Notes: a model not told the origin generated them from the sequence alone. 64,000 nucleotides of DNA from an uncultured delta proteobacterium (GCA_963840855.1 CAWJBB010000003.1:1-64000), one strand, 5' to 3'; positions 1 to 10,061 are shown, numbered from the stretch's first letter. Made by a program: numbers and translations.

Positions 1-274
1 ACGACAAAATAGCCTTCGCCCTCGATGGCAAGATGAAATGGGTTGCCCGTGCCCTGAAGATGACCTTGCATAAAATTGGTGCGCTGGTCGCCCACGGCGA
101 CGAATCCGCCCGACCGCGTCTCGGCCGGCAACCGGGCGGTCAGCACTTCGTTAAAGGCGAGCCGCTGGCCTTTGTGCCAGAGGTGTTGACGTTTGCCAGG
201 TCCTGGGACGCAACTTCCAGCTTGCGCATCTGCACGATCGCGCCCGATAGAGCCTTGTACATAGCCGCATCCAT
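1..274 (-). pseudogene. flgF: Flagellar rod protein FlgF, 5' part (runs off window), with an apparent 1-bp deletion near 175-176
   Basis: ATG at 274 gives MDAAMYKALSGAIVQMRKLEVASQDLANVNTSG. Restoring one base (ggc [t]ac aaa) continues YKGQRLAFNEVL...QGHLQGTGNPFHLAIEGEGYFV, typical FlgF/FlgG motifs. Could be a sequencing error. Confidence 0.8.
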
Positions 275-290
275 AATTCAGTTACCTCAA

Positions 291-306
291 AGCAATTAAC
301 ATACCC
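291..306 (-). promoter_or_regulatory. Putative sigma54 promoter for flgF
   Basis: Minus strand GGGTAT-GTTAA-TTGCT, with GG and GC at -24/-12 spacing just upstream of the flgF RBS. Confidence 0.6.
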
Positions 307-376
307 GCGACACTTCCATAGCAGGCGACGGCGACTTGCGTAGCAGCCGACCGGCGAGTAGCCATCGCAGTCTGTT

Positions 377-967
377 CTACACCATTACGCCCTTGGGACG
401 GGCCAGCGTTTCCGCATTTCTGGATTCGCCGGAGCCGGCATTCTTTAAAACATCCACCAGGAGAATCGGCGGCGCGGCAGTTTTATCCCGTGGGGCAGCA
501 ATTTTTGACTGCCGTACAGCCTCCTTCACAGCGCTTTCCTCGGACTTCTTGGCGCGGCCCGCGCGCTTTTCCTTGCCGGTAACCTGTTGCAGCTCCCGAA
601 TTAATTGCACCTGTGCTTCCGGCAGCCCAAGCATCGATGCGACCCGCTCAACGTCATGGCCTTCGGCAAGCAGCAACGCCGCCGCGGTGTACTGCTCGCG
701 TTTCTCGATACCCGGATGGAGCATCAACCCTCGAAGCCTTTGCTCGGCGTTTTCCGCCCGGGCGATCAACCCCTCGAGGTTTTTCTGCACCAGCTCCAGC
801 GAGCGGAAAAATCCGTTATTGGCGACTTCCGCGCTGCGTACCATCTCGGCGAGATGACTCGTGCTGGCGGTGCGCTGCGAGCTGTCCTGTTTGCGTCGCC
901 GGCTCACCATCCACAACGCGGCAATTAATAGCGGCGCGATGATCAATATAATCAATCCTTGGTTCAT
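377..967 (-). CDS. Membrane-anchored flagellar-locus protein (N-terminal TM, coiled coil, DUF2802/DUF6115-like HTH segment)
   Basis: Hydrophobic N-terminus; YTAAALLLAEGHDVERVASMLGLPEAQVQLI resembles the DUF2802-type HTH; position between fliA and flgF. Confidence 0.7.
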   Translation of the reverse strand: MNQGLIILIIAPLLIAALWMVSRRRKQDSSQRTASTSHLAEMVRSAEVANNGFFRSLELVQKNLEGLIARAENAEQRLRGLMLHPGIEKREQYTAAALLLAEGHDVERVASMLGLPEAQVQLIRELQQVTGKEKRAGRAKKSEESAVKEAVRQSKIAAPRDKTAAPPILLVDVLKNAGSGESRNAETLARPKGVMV

Positions 968-987
968 GTTCGTGCTGCTCCTCTGAT

Positions 988-1203
988 TTACACACTGATA
1001 TCGAGATGTTTGCCCTTGTCCTTCTGGCTTTCCTTCGGCGCCGATTCAGCGCCATCCATTGCATCCACCGGGGCCAATTCATCCAACGGTTGGGTACCGT
1101 TGAGGGACTCTTTTGCTTTCCTTTTTTGTCGTTCCCTTCCCTGCCACGAGGCGCGATCCAGGGCCACCGAGGAGGGGACGATGCGATTTACCGCATCCGC
1201 CAT
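988..1203 (-). CDS. Small hypothetical flagellar-locus protein (71 aa)
   Basis: RBS-like GGAG upstream; C-terminal KGKHLDISV resembles the GxxxDxxV tails of small motility-associated proteins; follows fliA. Confidence 0.6.
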   Translation of the reverse strand: MADAVNRIVPSSVALDRASWQGRERQKRKAKESLNGTQPLDELAPVDAMDGAESAPKESQKDKGKHLDISV

Positions 1204-1289
1204 AGGGTCAACTCCAAATCCAATTCACGCCAACTCACGTGCCCGGCCGCCGCGGTAGCGTGCCCAAGCCCTACCCTGTCTCTTCCTGC

Positions 1290-2120
1290 TCACACCGTCA
1301 CCGTCTTCTTGGAATTTTGCGGCAACCGTTTCTCGCCGCGCTTAACCGCGGTCTCCCGCGGCTTCACGCCCAGAGCGAGACGCAGCCGCGCCACCGCCTG
1401 GCCAAAGATCTGGCAGATGCGCCCCTCGCTCAGTTCCAGAATCTCGCCGATTTCCCGTAGCGTCAGTTCTTCATGATAGTAAAGCGTCACGACCATACGT
1501 TCCCGCTCCGGCAGCGCTTCCACTGCGAAGCCGAGCTTCTGGATCATGTCCTTGCTCTCAACAAACGAGAGCGGGTCTACAAAAGCGCTTTGCAATTGCT
1601 TCTCCTGGCTATGCTCCCACTCCGATTCCGAAGACACGGACAAGTCTTCGAGACTGAGGAGCGTGGCGTCGTTCAACTGTTGGTCCACGCGGTAATAAGT
1701 ATCCAGGGGGATTTCCAGCTCCCGCGCCAGTTCTTCAGCACTGGGCTCGCGCACTAACTGGCCCGCCAGGCGGGCCTTTGCCGCTTCAATCTTGCGCCCC
1801 CAGGCGCGTACCGAGCGGCTCACCCAGTCCAGCGAGCGCAGACACTGCATGACTTCGCCCTGGATGCGGTAGCGGGCGAAAACTTCGAAGTCGACGCCGC
1901 GCTTGGGATCGTAGCGCTTGAGCGCCTCCAACAAGCCGCAGACCCCCGATTGAATTAGCGGTTCCAAATCGACCCCCGGCGGCAATCGGCGGTGAACCTT
2001 CTCTGCGACGTAGCGCACCAAAGGCAGATACCGGTTGACCAGCTCTTCACTGGGCGCATCCTTTTCGCGTTGGCGTAGCGCCGGCCGCGAATTTTTGGGT
2101 AGTTTGCTTTGTGCTTTCAT
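1290..2120 (-). CDS. fliA: Flagellar sigma factor FliA (sigma28)
   Basis: YLPLVRYVA, GLLEALKRYDP, region 4 LYYHEELTLREIGEILELSEGRICQI; follows flhF-flhG. Confidence 0.95.
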   Translation of the reverse strand: MKAQSKLPKNSRPALRQREKDAPSEELVNRYLPLVRYVAEKVHRRLPPGVDLEPLIQSGVCGLLEALKRYDPKRGVDFEVFARYRIQGEVMQCLRSLDWVSRSVRAWGRKIEAAKARLAGQLVREPSAEELARELEIPLDTYYRVDQQLNDATLLSLEDLSVSSESEWEHSQEKQLQSAFVDPLSFVESKDMIQKLGFAVEALPERERMVVTLYYHEELTLREIGEILELSEGRICQIFGQAVARLRLALGVKPRETAVKRGEKRLPQNSKKTVTV

Positions 2121-3025
2121 CGCGCTCCTTGTATACCTTCCAATACCCGTCCGAAGAAAAATTGAAGATTGCCTTTCATTCGTCCGCCCACCTCGGCTGA
2201 CTCGATGAGCCGACTGGCAACTGCACCAAATGCCCGCGCCGACGGCGCGTCCTCTACTTCTTCGACCACCAGTCGGGAACGCGCCACCGCGGCCAGAAGT
2301 TGCGGGTCACGCGGAATCCAGCCGAGATAATCCAGCGAGACGTTGAGGAAGCGCACCGCGGCCCGGGACAGGCTGTCGAATAACCGCCGCGCTTGATCTT
2401 CATCTTCAACGCTATTGCAGAGAATCTTGAAAGTCTTTTCGCCGTAGGTCAAAGCCAATACTTTGATGATCGCATAGGCGTCGGTCAGGGACGCCGGTTC
2501 CCGCGTCACCACCACAACGATTTCTTGCGCAGCAGCGGCGAAAAAGGTCGCCGCGTCGGAAATACCGCTGCACGTATCGATGATAACCAGGTCTACCTGC
2601 CGGGCGAGGCTTTCCAGAGCGCTAGCCAACGTCAGTTTTTGCGCGCCACTGAGCGCCGTCAGTTCCTGTACGCCGCTCGCTCCGGGCAAGAACAGTACAC
2701 CCTGCGGCGTCATCGTGACGATCTCGTCTATAGCCGCCTTGCCGGAAAAGAAATCCGCCATCGTATAGTCCGGCTTGACACCGAACAGAAGATCGAGATT
2801 GGCAAGCCCTACGTCTGCGTCAATCGCCAACACCCGCTGCCGCTTGCGCGCCAGCGCCGTCGCGAGATTGGCGGTTACGTTGGTCTTGCCGACACCGCCT
2901 TTGCCGCTGGTAATCGCAAACACCCGCGCCATGCCCAACGGTCCCCGTTGACGGCGCGCGCCCGTCGGATAAGCCGGCATCGAACGGCGCGGTCGAACCG
3001 TATTCATGGATTCGATATCATTCAT
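2117..3025 (-). CDS. flhG: MinD-like flagellar number regulator FlhG/FleN
   Basis: Deviant Walker A SGKGGVGKT, DADVGLANLD, EPASLTDAYA. Start re-called at ATG 3025, overlapping the flhF stop. Confidence 0.92.
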   Translation of the reverse strand: MNDIESMNTVRPRRSMPAYPTGARRQRGPLGMARVFAITSGKGGVGKTNVTANLATALARKRQRVLAIDADVGLANLDLLFGVKPDYTMADFFSGKAAIDEIVTMTPQGVLFLPGASGVQELTALSGAQKLTLASALESLARQVDLVIIDTCSGISDAATFFAAAAQEIVVVVTREPASLTDAYAIIKVLALTYGEKTFKILCNSVEDEDQARRLFDSLSRAAVRFLNVSLDYLGWIPRDPQLLAAVARSRLVVEEVEDAPSARAFGAVASRLIESAEVGGRMKGNLQFFFGRVLEGIQGAR

Positions 3026-4112
3026 CGTTGCCACCCCCTGCGAGTAAAAGACTGGTGAGTACCTCGGCTTTGGCCGCTTCCAGATCGCCGGCCATGTTTT
3101 GTCCGAGCGTGATGTAAGACAGCGGGTAGCCCGCTCCCAGAGCGGTATTGATGAGTGGCCCAAAGTGGCGGCACTCATCAAGCTTGGTAAAGAACAGCGA
3201 ATCGAATCCCAAGCGTTGAAAACCCTTCACCCAGATGGCCATATCCGCGCCGTTGGTGGACGCGCCGAGGAGTAGGGTGCGGCGCAATCCTGGCATAGCC
3301 TGAAACAACCGGTTTAGTTCCTTGATTCCATTTTCATCCCGCGGCGTAAGGCCAGGCGTGTCAACGAGAATCAAATCGCAATCGGCCAGACGCTCCCATG
3401 CTCGTTTCGCTTCCTTGGGGTCGGCGGCGGTTTCGTAGCGCGCTCCGAGAATCGTCGCATAGAGGGCCAGTGGGTCCCCACTGGCTATGCGCCGGTGGTC
3501 GAGGTTGAGCCAGCCGACGCGACGCTGGAGCCGCTGGCTTTCAAATACTGTGAGCTTGATGATGCTCGAGGACTTGCCCACTCCGGTGGGTCCGATTAGC
3601 GCCAATCTATCCACCGCATCCGGGATCTGACCGCCGGTGGGCACTAAGCGCGTCAGTGCATGATAGGTTCTTTCTCGCTCATCGGTGCCTTCGGCTTCAT
3701 GAATCGCTTCGCTGAGCCGCGCCATGATTTCCGGGTTGAGGCCCTGCGCCACCAGCGACTTGAGAATCCGGTTCTTATGATTGAGGCCCGGTGCCAGCCA
3801 CGACAGCATCGATCGGAGCGCTGCCAATTCCTCGCGCATTTCGGCGCCAGGCGGGGGCGTCATTTCTGGCGCAACTGGCGTGCCCGCCATATCGTCCGCT
3901 GCCAATACCTCCGGCCGCATGAGAGATCGCAGCGCGGGCGGATTGTGGTTTTGTGTCTGCGGCGTTTCAGGCAAAGCGACTATCTCGATGCCGCCGCCGT
4001 TTTTGTCTGAACCTGAACGCGTCTCCAAAATAAGCGCATCGGGCCCTAACGTGCCGCGCACGGCGCGCAGCGCCGACGCCAGGTCTTTTCCCCAAAAGCG
4101 GCTAGGATTCAT
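3018..4112 (-). CDS. flhF: SRP-family GTPase FlhF
   Basis: N-terminal LGPDALILETR, G1 GPTGVGKSS, G3 DTPG, G4 TKLDE; lies between flhA and flhG. Confidence 0.92.
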   Translation of the reverse strand: MNPSRFWGKDLASALRAVRGTLGPDALILETRSGSDKNGGGIEIVALPETPQTQNHNPPALRSLMRPEVLAADDMAGTPVAPEMTPPPGAEMREELAALRSMLSWLAPGLNHKNRILKSLVAQGLNPEIMARLSEAIHEAEGTDERERTYHALTRLVPTGGQIPDAVDRLALIGPTGVGKSSSIIKLTVFESQRLQRRVGWLNLDHRRIASGDPLALYATILGARYETAADPKEAKRAWERLADCDLILVDTPGLTPRDENGIKELNRLFQAMPGLRRTLLLGASTNGADMAIWVKGFQRLGFDSLFFTKLDECRHFGPLINTALGAGYPLSYITLGQNMAGDLEAAKAEVLTSLLLAGGGNDE

Positions 4113-6168
4113 CTTTCCACCTGAGCACGCCGAGGGATTGGATCTTCACGCCGCCGGCGATCTCGTTGTGCGACAGTACGGCGATTTGCGGCAGATAATG
4201 GCTGATCAGTTGGCGTAGATGGCGCCTGACGCCGACGGCGGTAAGAAATACGGGCAATAACCCGCGTCTGCCGAAGGTCTCCGCTGCCTGCTGCACCGCC
4301 GTCATAATGCGCTGCGCTACTTGCGGCTCCAGGGTTATGCCTTCCTGGGCGCGCTCACGGATCACCCGTTCGATCTGGGGATCGATGGTCATCACGGGGA
4401 TCAACCCTTCCGGACCTCGGAAAGACGAGGTGATGGTGCGGGCCAGAGACTGGCGCACAGATTCGGTCAGTTCGTCAGTGTCCTTGCAGTGCGGCGCGTG
4501 GTCCGCCAGGCTCTCGATAATGGTCAAAAGATCTCGGACCGGCACTTCCTCACGAAGAAGGTTTTGCAAGACTTTCTGTATGCCGCCCAACGTCATGTGG
4601 TGCGGGATCAGTTCTTCGATGACTTTTGGGTGCTCCTTGGCGAGGCCGTCGAGCAGCCTTTGAACGTCCTGGCGAGTGAGAAGCTCCGGACCATGGCGCT
4701 TCACCAGTTCGGAGACATGGGTGATGAGCACCGTTTCGGGATCGACCACGGTGTATCCCATAATCTCGGCGCGCTCTTTGTCGGAGGCTGAAATCCACAG
4801 TGCCGGCAGTCCAAATGCTGGCTCCGTGGTGGGCTCCCCATTCACGCCGCCTTCGCTTTGTGCCGCGCCCATAGCATTCATCGCCATAAAACGTCCGGGT
4901 TTGAGTTCTCCCCTGCCAGCTTCCACACCTTTGACGAGAATGACGTATTCCTTGCTGCCTAGACGCAGGTTGTCGCGAATGTGAATCTGTGGCACCAAGA
5001 ATCCTTTGTCCGTGAGAAACTGTCGCCTGAGCGCCCTTATTCTTTCCACGACGGCTCCTTTTTCACCGTCTACGAGCGGGATCAGTTCATAGCCAACTTC
5101 AAGTTCGAGCAGATCCACTGGCTGCGGGCGCGTGGATTCTTCGATGGTTTCCGGTCGGGCGGTTTCCGCGGCGGCTTCTTCCTTTTCCATGCTCTTATCA
5201 TTCGCCAAGGTATAGGCGAGGCCGCCGAAAGTTCCTGCCGCGAGGATAAACGGGATGGCCGGAAATCCCGGTACGAAAACGAAGATGGAGAGGATGCCGG
5301 CCACCACGCCGAGGGCCATAGGATTCCAGAACAGCTGCTTGGTGATCTCCACACCAAGCTCGCCACCCGACGCCGTGCGCGTTACCACCATGCCGGCGGC
5401 GGTAGAAACGATAAGCGCGGGGATTTGGTTTACCAGGCCGTCGCCCACGCTGAGCAGGCTGTAAAGCTGGGCCGCGTCGCCGAACTCCATCCCTTTCTGC
5501 ATCACGCCGACGAAAAATCCTCCGAGCAGATTGACCGCTAAAATAATCAGGCCCGCCACGGCGTCGCCACGCACGAACTTGGACGCGCCGTCCATGGCGC
5601 CGTAAAAATCGCCTTCTTTCTGGATGCGCTGGCGGCGCTGGCGCGCCTCCGCCTCGTTGATGCTGCCGGCGTTCAAATCGGCGTCGATGGCCATCTGTTT
5701 GCCTGGCATGGCATCGAGGGTGAAACGCGCCGCCACTTCCGCGATGCGAGTGGCGCCCTTGGTAATGACGATGAAGTTGATAACCACCAGAATTATAAAG
5801 ACGATGAAACCGACGGCGTAATTGCCGGCGACGACGAACTGTCCGAAGGCCGCAATCACATGGCCCGCCGCCGACACGCCTTCTTCGCCGCGCAGCAGAA
5901 TCAAACGGGACGAGGCGACGTTGAGGGCCAGACGAAACAACGTGGCGAACAACAGCACTGAAGGAAACACGGAAAAGTCCAGGGGCTCTTTGACATAGAG
6001 GGAAACGATCAGAATCGTCAGCGACAAGGCGATGCTCATCACCAGCGTGAGATCGAGCAAAAACGGCGGCACCGGCAACACCATCATGACGATGACCCCG
6101 GTGAGGCCCAAGGCGGGCATGAGTTCGGCCCAGCGTAATCTCTTAGATGTTTCCATGTGATGCGCCAT
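4102..6168 (-). CDS. flhA: Flagellar export gate protein FlhA
   Basis: RIAEVAARFTLDAMPGKQMAIDADL, FYGAMDGASKFVRGDA. Confidence 0.97.
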   Translation of the reverse strand: MAHHMETSKRLRWAELMPALGLTGVIVMMVLPVPPFLLDLTLVMSIALSLTILIVSLYVKEPLDFSVFPSVLLFATLFRLALNVASSRLILLRGEEGVSAAGHVIAAFGQFVVAGNYAVGFIVFIILVVINFIVITKGATRIAEVAARFTLDAMPGKQMAIDADLNAGSINEAEARQRRQRIQKEGDFYGAMDGASKFVRGDAVAGLIILAVNLLGGFFVGVMQKGMEFGDAAQLYSLLSVGDGLVNQIPALIVSTAAGMVVTRTASGGELGVEITKQLFWNPMALGVVAGILSIFVFVPGFPAIPFILAAGTFGGLAYTLANDKSMEKEEAAAETARPETIEESTRPQPVDLLELEVGYELIPLVDGEKGAVVERIRALRRQFLTDKGFLVPQIHIRDNLRLGSKEYVILVKGVEAGRGELKPGRFMAMNAMGAAQSEGGVNGEPTTEPAFGLPALWISASDKERAEIMGYTVVDPETVLITHVSELVKRHGPELLTRQDVQRLLDGLAKEHPKVIEELIPHHMTLGGIQKVLQNLLREEVPVRDLLTIIESLADHAPHCKDTDELTESVRQSLARTITSSFRGPEGLIPVMTIDPQIERVIRERAQEGITLEPQVAQRIMTAVQQAAETFGRRGLLPVFLTAVGVRRHLRQLISHYLPQIAVLSHNEIAGGVKIQSLGVLRWKDES

Positions 6169-6288
6169 TGTCAGTGCGTTTCGGGCTCAGTTTTCATGAC
6201 GCGAATTGCCGCGCCATTGTGAATCTTGCAATCCAGTTTCAGCATTCCGCCTTCCGACTTCTTGAATACTATCTTCTTTCTTCATCCT

Positions 6289-7389
6289 TCAGCCTTCACC
6301 TCGGTCAGAGTCGCGAGATTGCCACCGCGCAAGGTACACATAAGCCAGAACCCCCGCCACAGCGCGGTAAAGCGTTTCAGGAACTTCTCGGCCGATTTCC
6401 ACCTGGTGATAGAGCAAGCGCGCCAGCGGTTTGTTCTCGACGATGGGAATCCCCTTTGAGCGCGCCACTTCACGAATCTTTTCGGCGATGAAGCCCGTCC
6501 CTTTGCCGAGCACTCGAGGAGCACCCATCTCTTCGGCGTGGTAGCGCAAGGCGATCGCTAAATGCGTCGGGTTGGTGATCACCACGTCCGCTTTCGCCAC
6601 CTCGCTCATCATGCGCCGCCGCGACATCTTCTGCCGCAGGCTCTTCAAGTGCGACTTGAGCAGTGGATCACCCTCCTGCTCGCGCATCTCTTCCTTGATC
6701 TCCTGGCGGCTCATGCGTAACTGCTTGTCGATGTGCCAGCGCTGGTAGAGAAAATCAAAGCCCGCTAACGCGACCATGACGGCGATGATCCATGCGCTGA
6801 GCAGGGCACCGTCCCGGCTCGCGTAGGCGACGATGTCGCCCGCCGCCAGCGTGGACAGAGACACTAGCGCCGGCAGTTCGCCGTAAAGATACGCGCCGCC
6901 GATGCAGCCCAAGCCGCCTATAAAAAGAACCGACTTGATGCTCTCTGCAAGTGAATCGACGCTGAAAAGCCGGCGGAATCCCGTCACAGGACTGATGCGC
7001 TTCAGATCGAAGCGCAACGGCTCGGACGCCAAGACGAAACCGGTCTGTAAAAAACCGGAGCCCAGGCCGGTGATCATGATGCCGGCGAAAATCGGCAACA
7101 ACACCGGGGCGAACAAGAGCCCGGCTTCAAAGGACAGGGCCATCATGTCTTGGCTGCCTAGCTGCTTCGTGGTCCCGGCCGCGACCAGAAATCCGCTGAC
7201 ACAGCGAGCCAACCGCTCCATCAATTCCGCTCCACCTAACTTGAGCGCGATGGCAATGGCCGCTAGCGTCACTGCGGGAATGAGGTTACGCGACTTGGGA
7301 AACTGCCCCTGCTTGCGCGCGTCTTCGCGGCGCTTTGGAGTAGGTTCTTCTGATTTTTCTAAGTCGTCTTTAAATGCTTCTTCCGCCAT
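6289..7389 (-). CDS. flhB: Flagellar export specificity switch FlhB
   Basis: KSEEPTPKRR, QEGDP, intact NPTH autocleavage motif. Confidence 0.97.
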   Translation of the reverse strand: MAEEAFKDDLEKSEEPTPKRREDARKQGQFPKSRNLIPAVTLAAIAIALKLGGAELMERLARCVSGFLVAAGTTKQLGSQDMMALSFEAGLLFAPVLLPIFAGIMITGLGSGFLQTGFVLASEPLRFDLKRISPVTGFRRLFSVDSLAESIKSVLFIGGLGCIGGAYLYGELPALVSLSTLAAGDIVAYASRDGALLSAWIIAVMVALAGFDFLYQRWHIDKQLRMSRQEIKEEMREQEGDPLLKSHLKSLRQKMSRRRMMSEVAKADVVITNPTHLAIALRYHAEEMGAPRVLGKGTGFIAEKIREVARSKGIPIVENKPLARLLYHQVEIGREVPETLYRAVAGVLAYVYLARWQSRDSDRGEG

Positions 7390-7429
7390 AAAAATCTCTG
7401 TTCTTAGAGCGCCGAGAAAACTCGCCGTT

Positions 7430-8209
7430 TCAACCTACGCCCCCCGGTACGCCGATCATCAACGGCATATGTCGCATGAAAAACCAGACAAAGGCAGGCA
7501 TCGCCAAAAACAAAAGCAGTATCGCCAGTCCAAATTGCAGCGGTTGGGCCACCATGAAAACATTCATCTGCGGAATCGCGCGGCCGATGAGGCCGAGGAT
7601 GATGTCGCTCAGCAGCAGGCCGATCACCACCGGGGCGCTGACCCGCAGCGCGATGGTAAAGATTTCCCCAGCTGAGGAAACCAAACCCTCCAGCAGCCGG
7701 GTGGCGAATTTGTCGCCGGCCAGCGGAAAGACGTTGTAACTCGACCAGAGCGCCTGCACGAGCAGGTGGTGGCCGTTCATGGTGAAGAAAAGCAGGCCGG
7801 CGATCAATTCGAAGAGTGTACTGAAAAGACCGCTTTGGCCGCCTTCGTTGGGGTCAACGAGTTGGATCAAACCGAGGCCCGATTTAAGTTCGATTTCCTG
7901 GCCGGCAAGGCGCATGCCGGAGAACATCAGCTGGGCCAGCCAACCGAGCACCAGTCCCAAGAGAGTTTCCCCGGCGAAGGCAAAAAAAACCGAAAGTATC
8001 GTGATGCCGCCGGTGAGCGCGGCGGCGCGCACCGTCGGGTAGGTGGCGACCGCTAGAAGAATCGCGATCCACACCCGCACCACCACCGGCACGACACGGC
8101 TGCCCCAAAAAGGCGCGCTGATCATCAATCCGCCGGCGCGGCCAAAAACCAACATGAAGGTAACCGCCTCGGGCCAACCGGTGCTGATGAGATGGGTTAA
8201 CGGTACCAT
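7430..8209 (-). CDS. fliR: Flagellar export protein FliR
   Basis: Multi-TM; LIGRAIPQMNVF motif; fliQ-fliR-flhB synteny. Confidence 0.95.
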   Translation of the reverse strand: MVPLTHLISTGWPEAVTFMLVFGRAGGLMISAPFWGSRVVPVVVRVWIAILLAVATYPTVRAAALTGGITILSVFFAFAGETLLGLVLGWLAQLMFSGMRLAGQEIELKSGLGLIQLVDPNEGGQSGLFSTLFELIAGLLFFTMNGHHLLVQALWSSYNVFPLAGDKFATRLLEGLVSSAGEIFTIALRVSAPVVIGLLLSDIILGLIGRAIPQMNVFMVAQPLQFGLAILLLFLAMPAFVWFFMRHMPLMIGVPGGVG

Positions 8210-8222
8210 GGGGATGTTGGTT

Positions 8223-8492
8223 TCAGCCGATAATCGTCGGCAGGTTGATAATAATCTGCCTCGTAAAGTTGACGTAGAACTGAATCATCCATGAACCGAA
8301 CAAGACCAGCGCCAGGACCGTCGCCAATACCTTAGGGACAAACACCAGCGTAAAATCGTTGATCTGCGTGGTCGCCTGAAAAATGCTCACGGCCACTCCG
8401 GCGATCAAGCCGAAGAGGATCGCCGGCGCCGCAACGACGCCGCCCGCTTGCAGAGCGCTGCGCATGATGTCGATGAGACCCTCCGGGGTCAT
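8223..8492 (-). CDS. fliQ: Flagellar export protein FliQ
   Basis: SIFQATTQINDFTLVFVPK. Confidence 0.96.
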   Translation of the reverse strand: MTPEGLIDIMRSALQAGGVVAAPAILFGLIAGVAVSIFQATTQINDFTLVFVPKVLATVLALVLFGSWMIQFYVNFTRQIIINLPTIIG

Positions 8493-9160
8493 GCAAAACT
8501 CCTTACCAGCGAGCCTATGAGAAGGTTCCAGCCGTCCACCAGCACGAACAACACCAGTTTAAAAGGCAGCGATACTAACACCGGCGGCAGAAACATCATG
8601 CCCATCGACATGAGCACCGAGGCCACCACCAGGTCCAAAATCAGAAAAGGAATGTAAATCATGAATGCCATCTGAAAAGCGGTCTTAAGCTCCGAAATCA
8701 CGAAGGCCGGGATTAAACTAGTGGCCGGTATTTGAGTCAGCTCGATTTCGTTGCCGTCGGGATTTTTCACGAACAATGCGAGATCGGCTTTGCGGGTGTG
8801 CTTTAGGAGAAATGCCCGAAGCGGCTCCCACGCGCGTTGCAGCGCCGCCGATGGCGGGATCTGCCGGTTGTAGTAGGGCGTCACCGCCTCGCTTTCGATT
8901 TTTTGCCACACGGGTGCCATCACGTGGAACGAGATAAAGAGCGACAGCGCGATAACGATCTGGTTCGATGGCGATTGTTGCGTGCCCAGGGCTTGGCGCA
9001 AAAAAGACAACACCACGACGATGCGCGTAAACGATGTTACCGTCATCAGCACCATCGGAGCGAAGGAAAGCAGCGTTAAGAGAGTGAAGATCTCGACCAC
9101 GGTGGAGACCTCAGTGCCCTTAAGCGGATTGGTCAATAGATTGAGTGACGATGGATTCAT
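8489..9160 (-). CDS. fliP: Flagellar export protein FliP (short form, no evident signal peptide)
   Basis: TSFTRIVVVLSFLRQALGTQQSP, PAFVISELKTAFQ, SLPFKLVLFVLVDGW. Confidence 0.96.
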   Translation of the reverse strand: MNPSSLNLLTNPLKGTEVSTVVEIFTLLTLLSFAPMVLMTVTSFTRIVVVLSFLRQALGTQQSPSNQIVIALSLFISFHVMAPVWQKIESEAVTPYYNRQIPPSAALQRAWEPLRAFLLKHTRKADLALFVKNPDGNEIELTQIPATSLIPAFVISELKTAFQMAFMIYIPFLILDLVVASVLMSMGMMFLPPVLVSLPFKLVLFVLVDGWNLLIGSLVRSFA

Positions 9161-9169
9161 GGCGCCGGT

Positions 9170-9469
9170 TTAACTCTGCCTCTCGCCAGCAAAAGGCGTG
9201 CTGGTTCTCGCGCCGGCTGGAGCCGCACCCTTGGCAAGCACCGTAATGCTTTGCGGCGTGACGCCGAGGACAAGGTTTTCACTTTCGAAACGCACTAGCG
9301 CCACTGAGGCCTGAGCGGTCAGCGGCACACTCTCCAAGAGCTGCAGCGAATGTGCCGTTGCCCGCCGCCCCGGCAATGAAAGCCAACGCAGAAAAAAGTT
9401 CGCGGCGGCGGCGAAATCGGGCAGCGCGGTTCTTGGCCGCGCCGGCTGATGGTGAAACAAAGCAAACAT
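9170..9469 (-). CDS. fliO: FliO-like protein
   Basis: LQLLESVPL...VALVRF...LVLGVTPQSITVL beta-core; GGAG RBS; immediately upstream of fliP. Confidence 0.75.
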   Translation of the reverse strand: MFALFHHQPARPRTALPDFAAAANFFLRWLSLPGRRATAHSLQLLESVPLTAQASVALVRFESENLVLGVTPQSITVLAKGAAPAGARTSTPFAGERQS

Positions 9470-9477
9470 CGGTTCTC

Positions 9478-9948
9478 CTACTGGATCAAAAATTCCTTGA
9501 AGTAGACTGAGGAAACTATTTTATGGCCGATGGCCTCGTTGATTTGGTCGTGTAGCGCATGGCGCAGCTTTTCTTTGCCTTGAGGATCGAGTAGATCTTC
9601 GACCTTGCGCTCGGTGAGGTACATGATCACGGCGTGGCGGATCGGACCGGTGAACTCCTTGACCCGTTCCTTTTCATGCTCGCTTTTGACGCCCAGGCTT
9701 AAAGTAGTTCTCAGATAGCGCCCTTGCCCCGAGCTCGCCAGATTGACGACGAAGACTTCGAGATCAGCGCCGACTTCGGTTTCATGCTTTTTATCTTTGG
9801 GTTCCGTCTTGGCCGGTTTGGCCGAGGCGACGCCGTTGGACCCAACGGATCCGGGAAACAGGTCGGGTTTTAATAAGTAGACTCCGGCCCCTGCGCTGAG
9901 CACGCCGGCGAGAGCGCCGGCGCCTATGATGACTAATTTCTTGTTCAT
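9478..9948 (-). CDS. fliL: Flagellar basal body-associated protein FliL
   Basis: N-terminal TM, FVVNLA, RYLR, GKEKLR, VYFKEFLIQ end. Start re-called at ATG 9948. Confidence 0.93.
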   Translation of the reverse strand: MNKKLVIIGAGALAGVLSAGAGVYLLKPDLFPGSVGSNGVASAKPAKTEPKDKKHETEVGADLEVFVVNLASSGQGRYLRTTLSLGVKSEHEKERVKEFTGPIRHAVIMYLTERKVEDLLDPQGKEKLRHALHDQINEAIGHKIVSSVYFKEFLIQ

Positions 9949-9961
9949 GGCGTCTGCTTTG

Positions 9962-9977
9962 AGCAACCGATGTGCCA
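9962..9977 (-). promoter_or_regulatory. sigma54 promoter for the fliL-fliA operon
   Basis: Minus strand TGGCAC-ATCGG-TTGCT, perfect consensus. Confidence 0.85.
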
Positions 9978-10061
9978 ACGCTGGCGCCAAGAAACAGGCC
10001 CAGTTTAGAGAGTTTAGATGACTTGCGGGATCGTTTCCCGCGTCAAGTTCGGCGCTCGCTC

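Noticed and set aside
3018-4112. FlhF as an inactive GTPase (GKSS, DHRR variants)
   Set aside because: G1 Lys, G3 DTPG and G4 TKLDE are intact; the divergence is insufficient to claim loss of function
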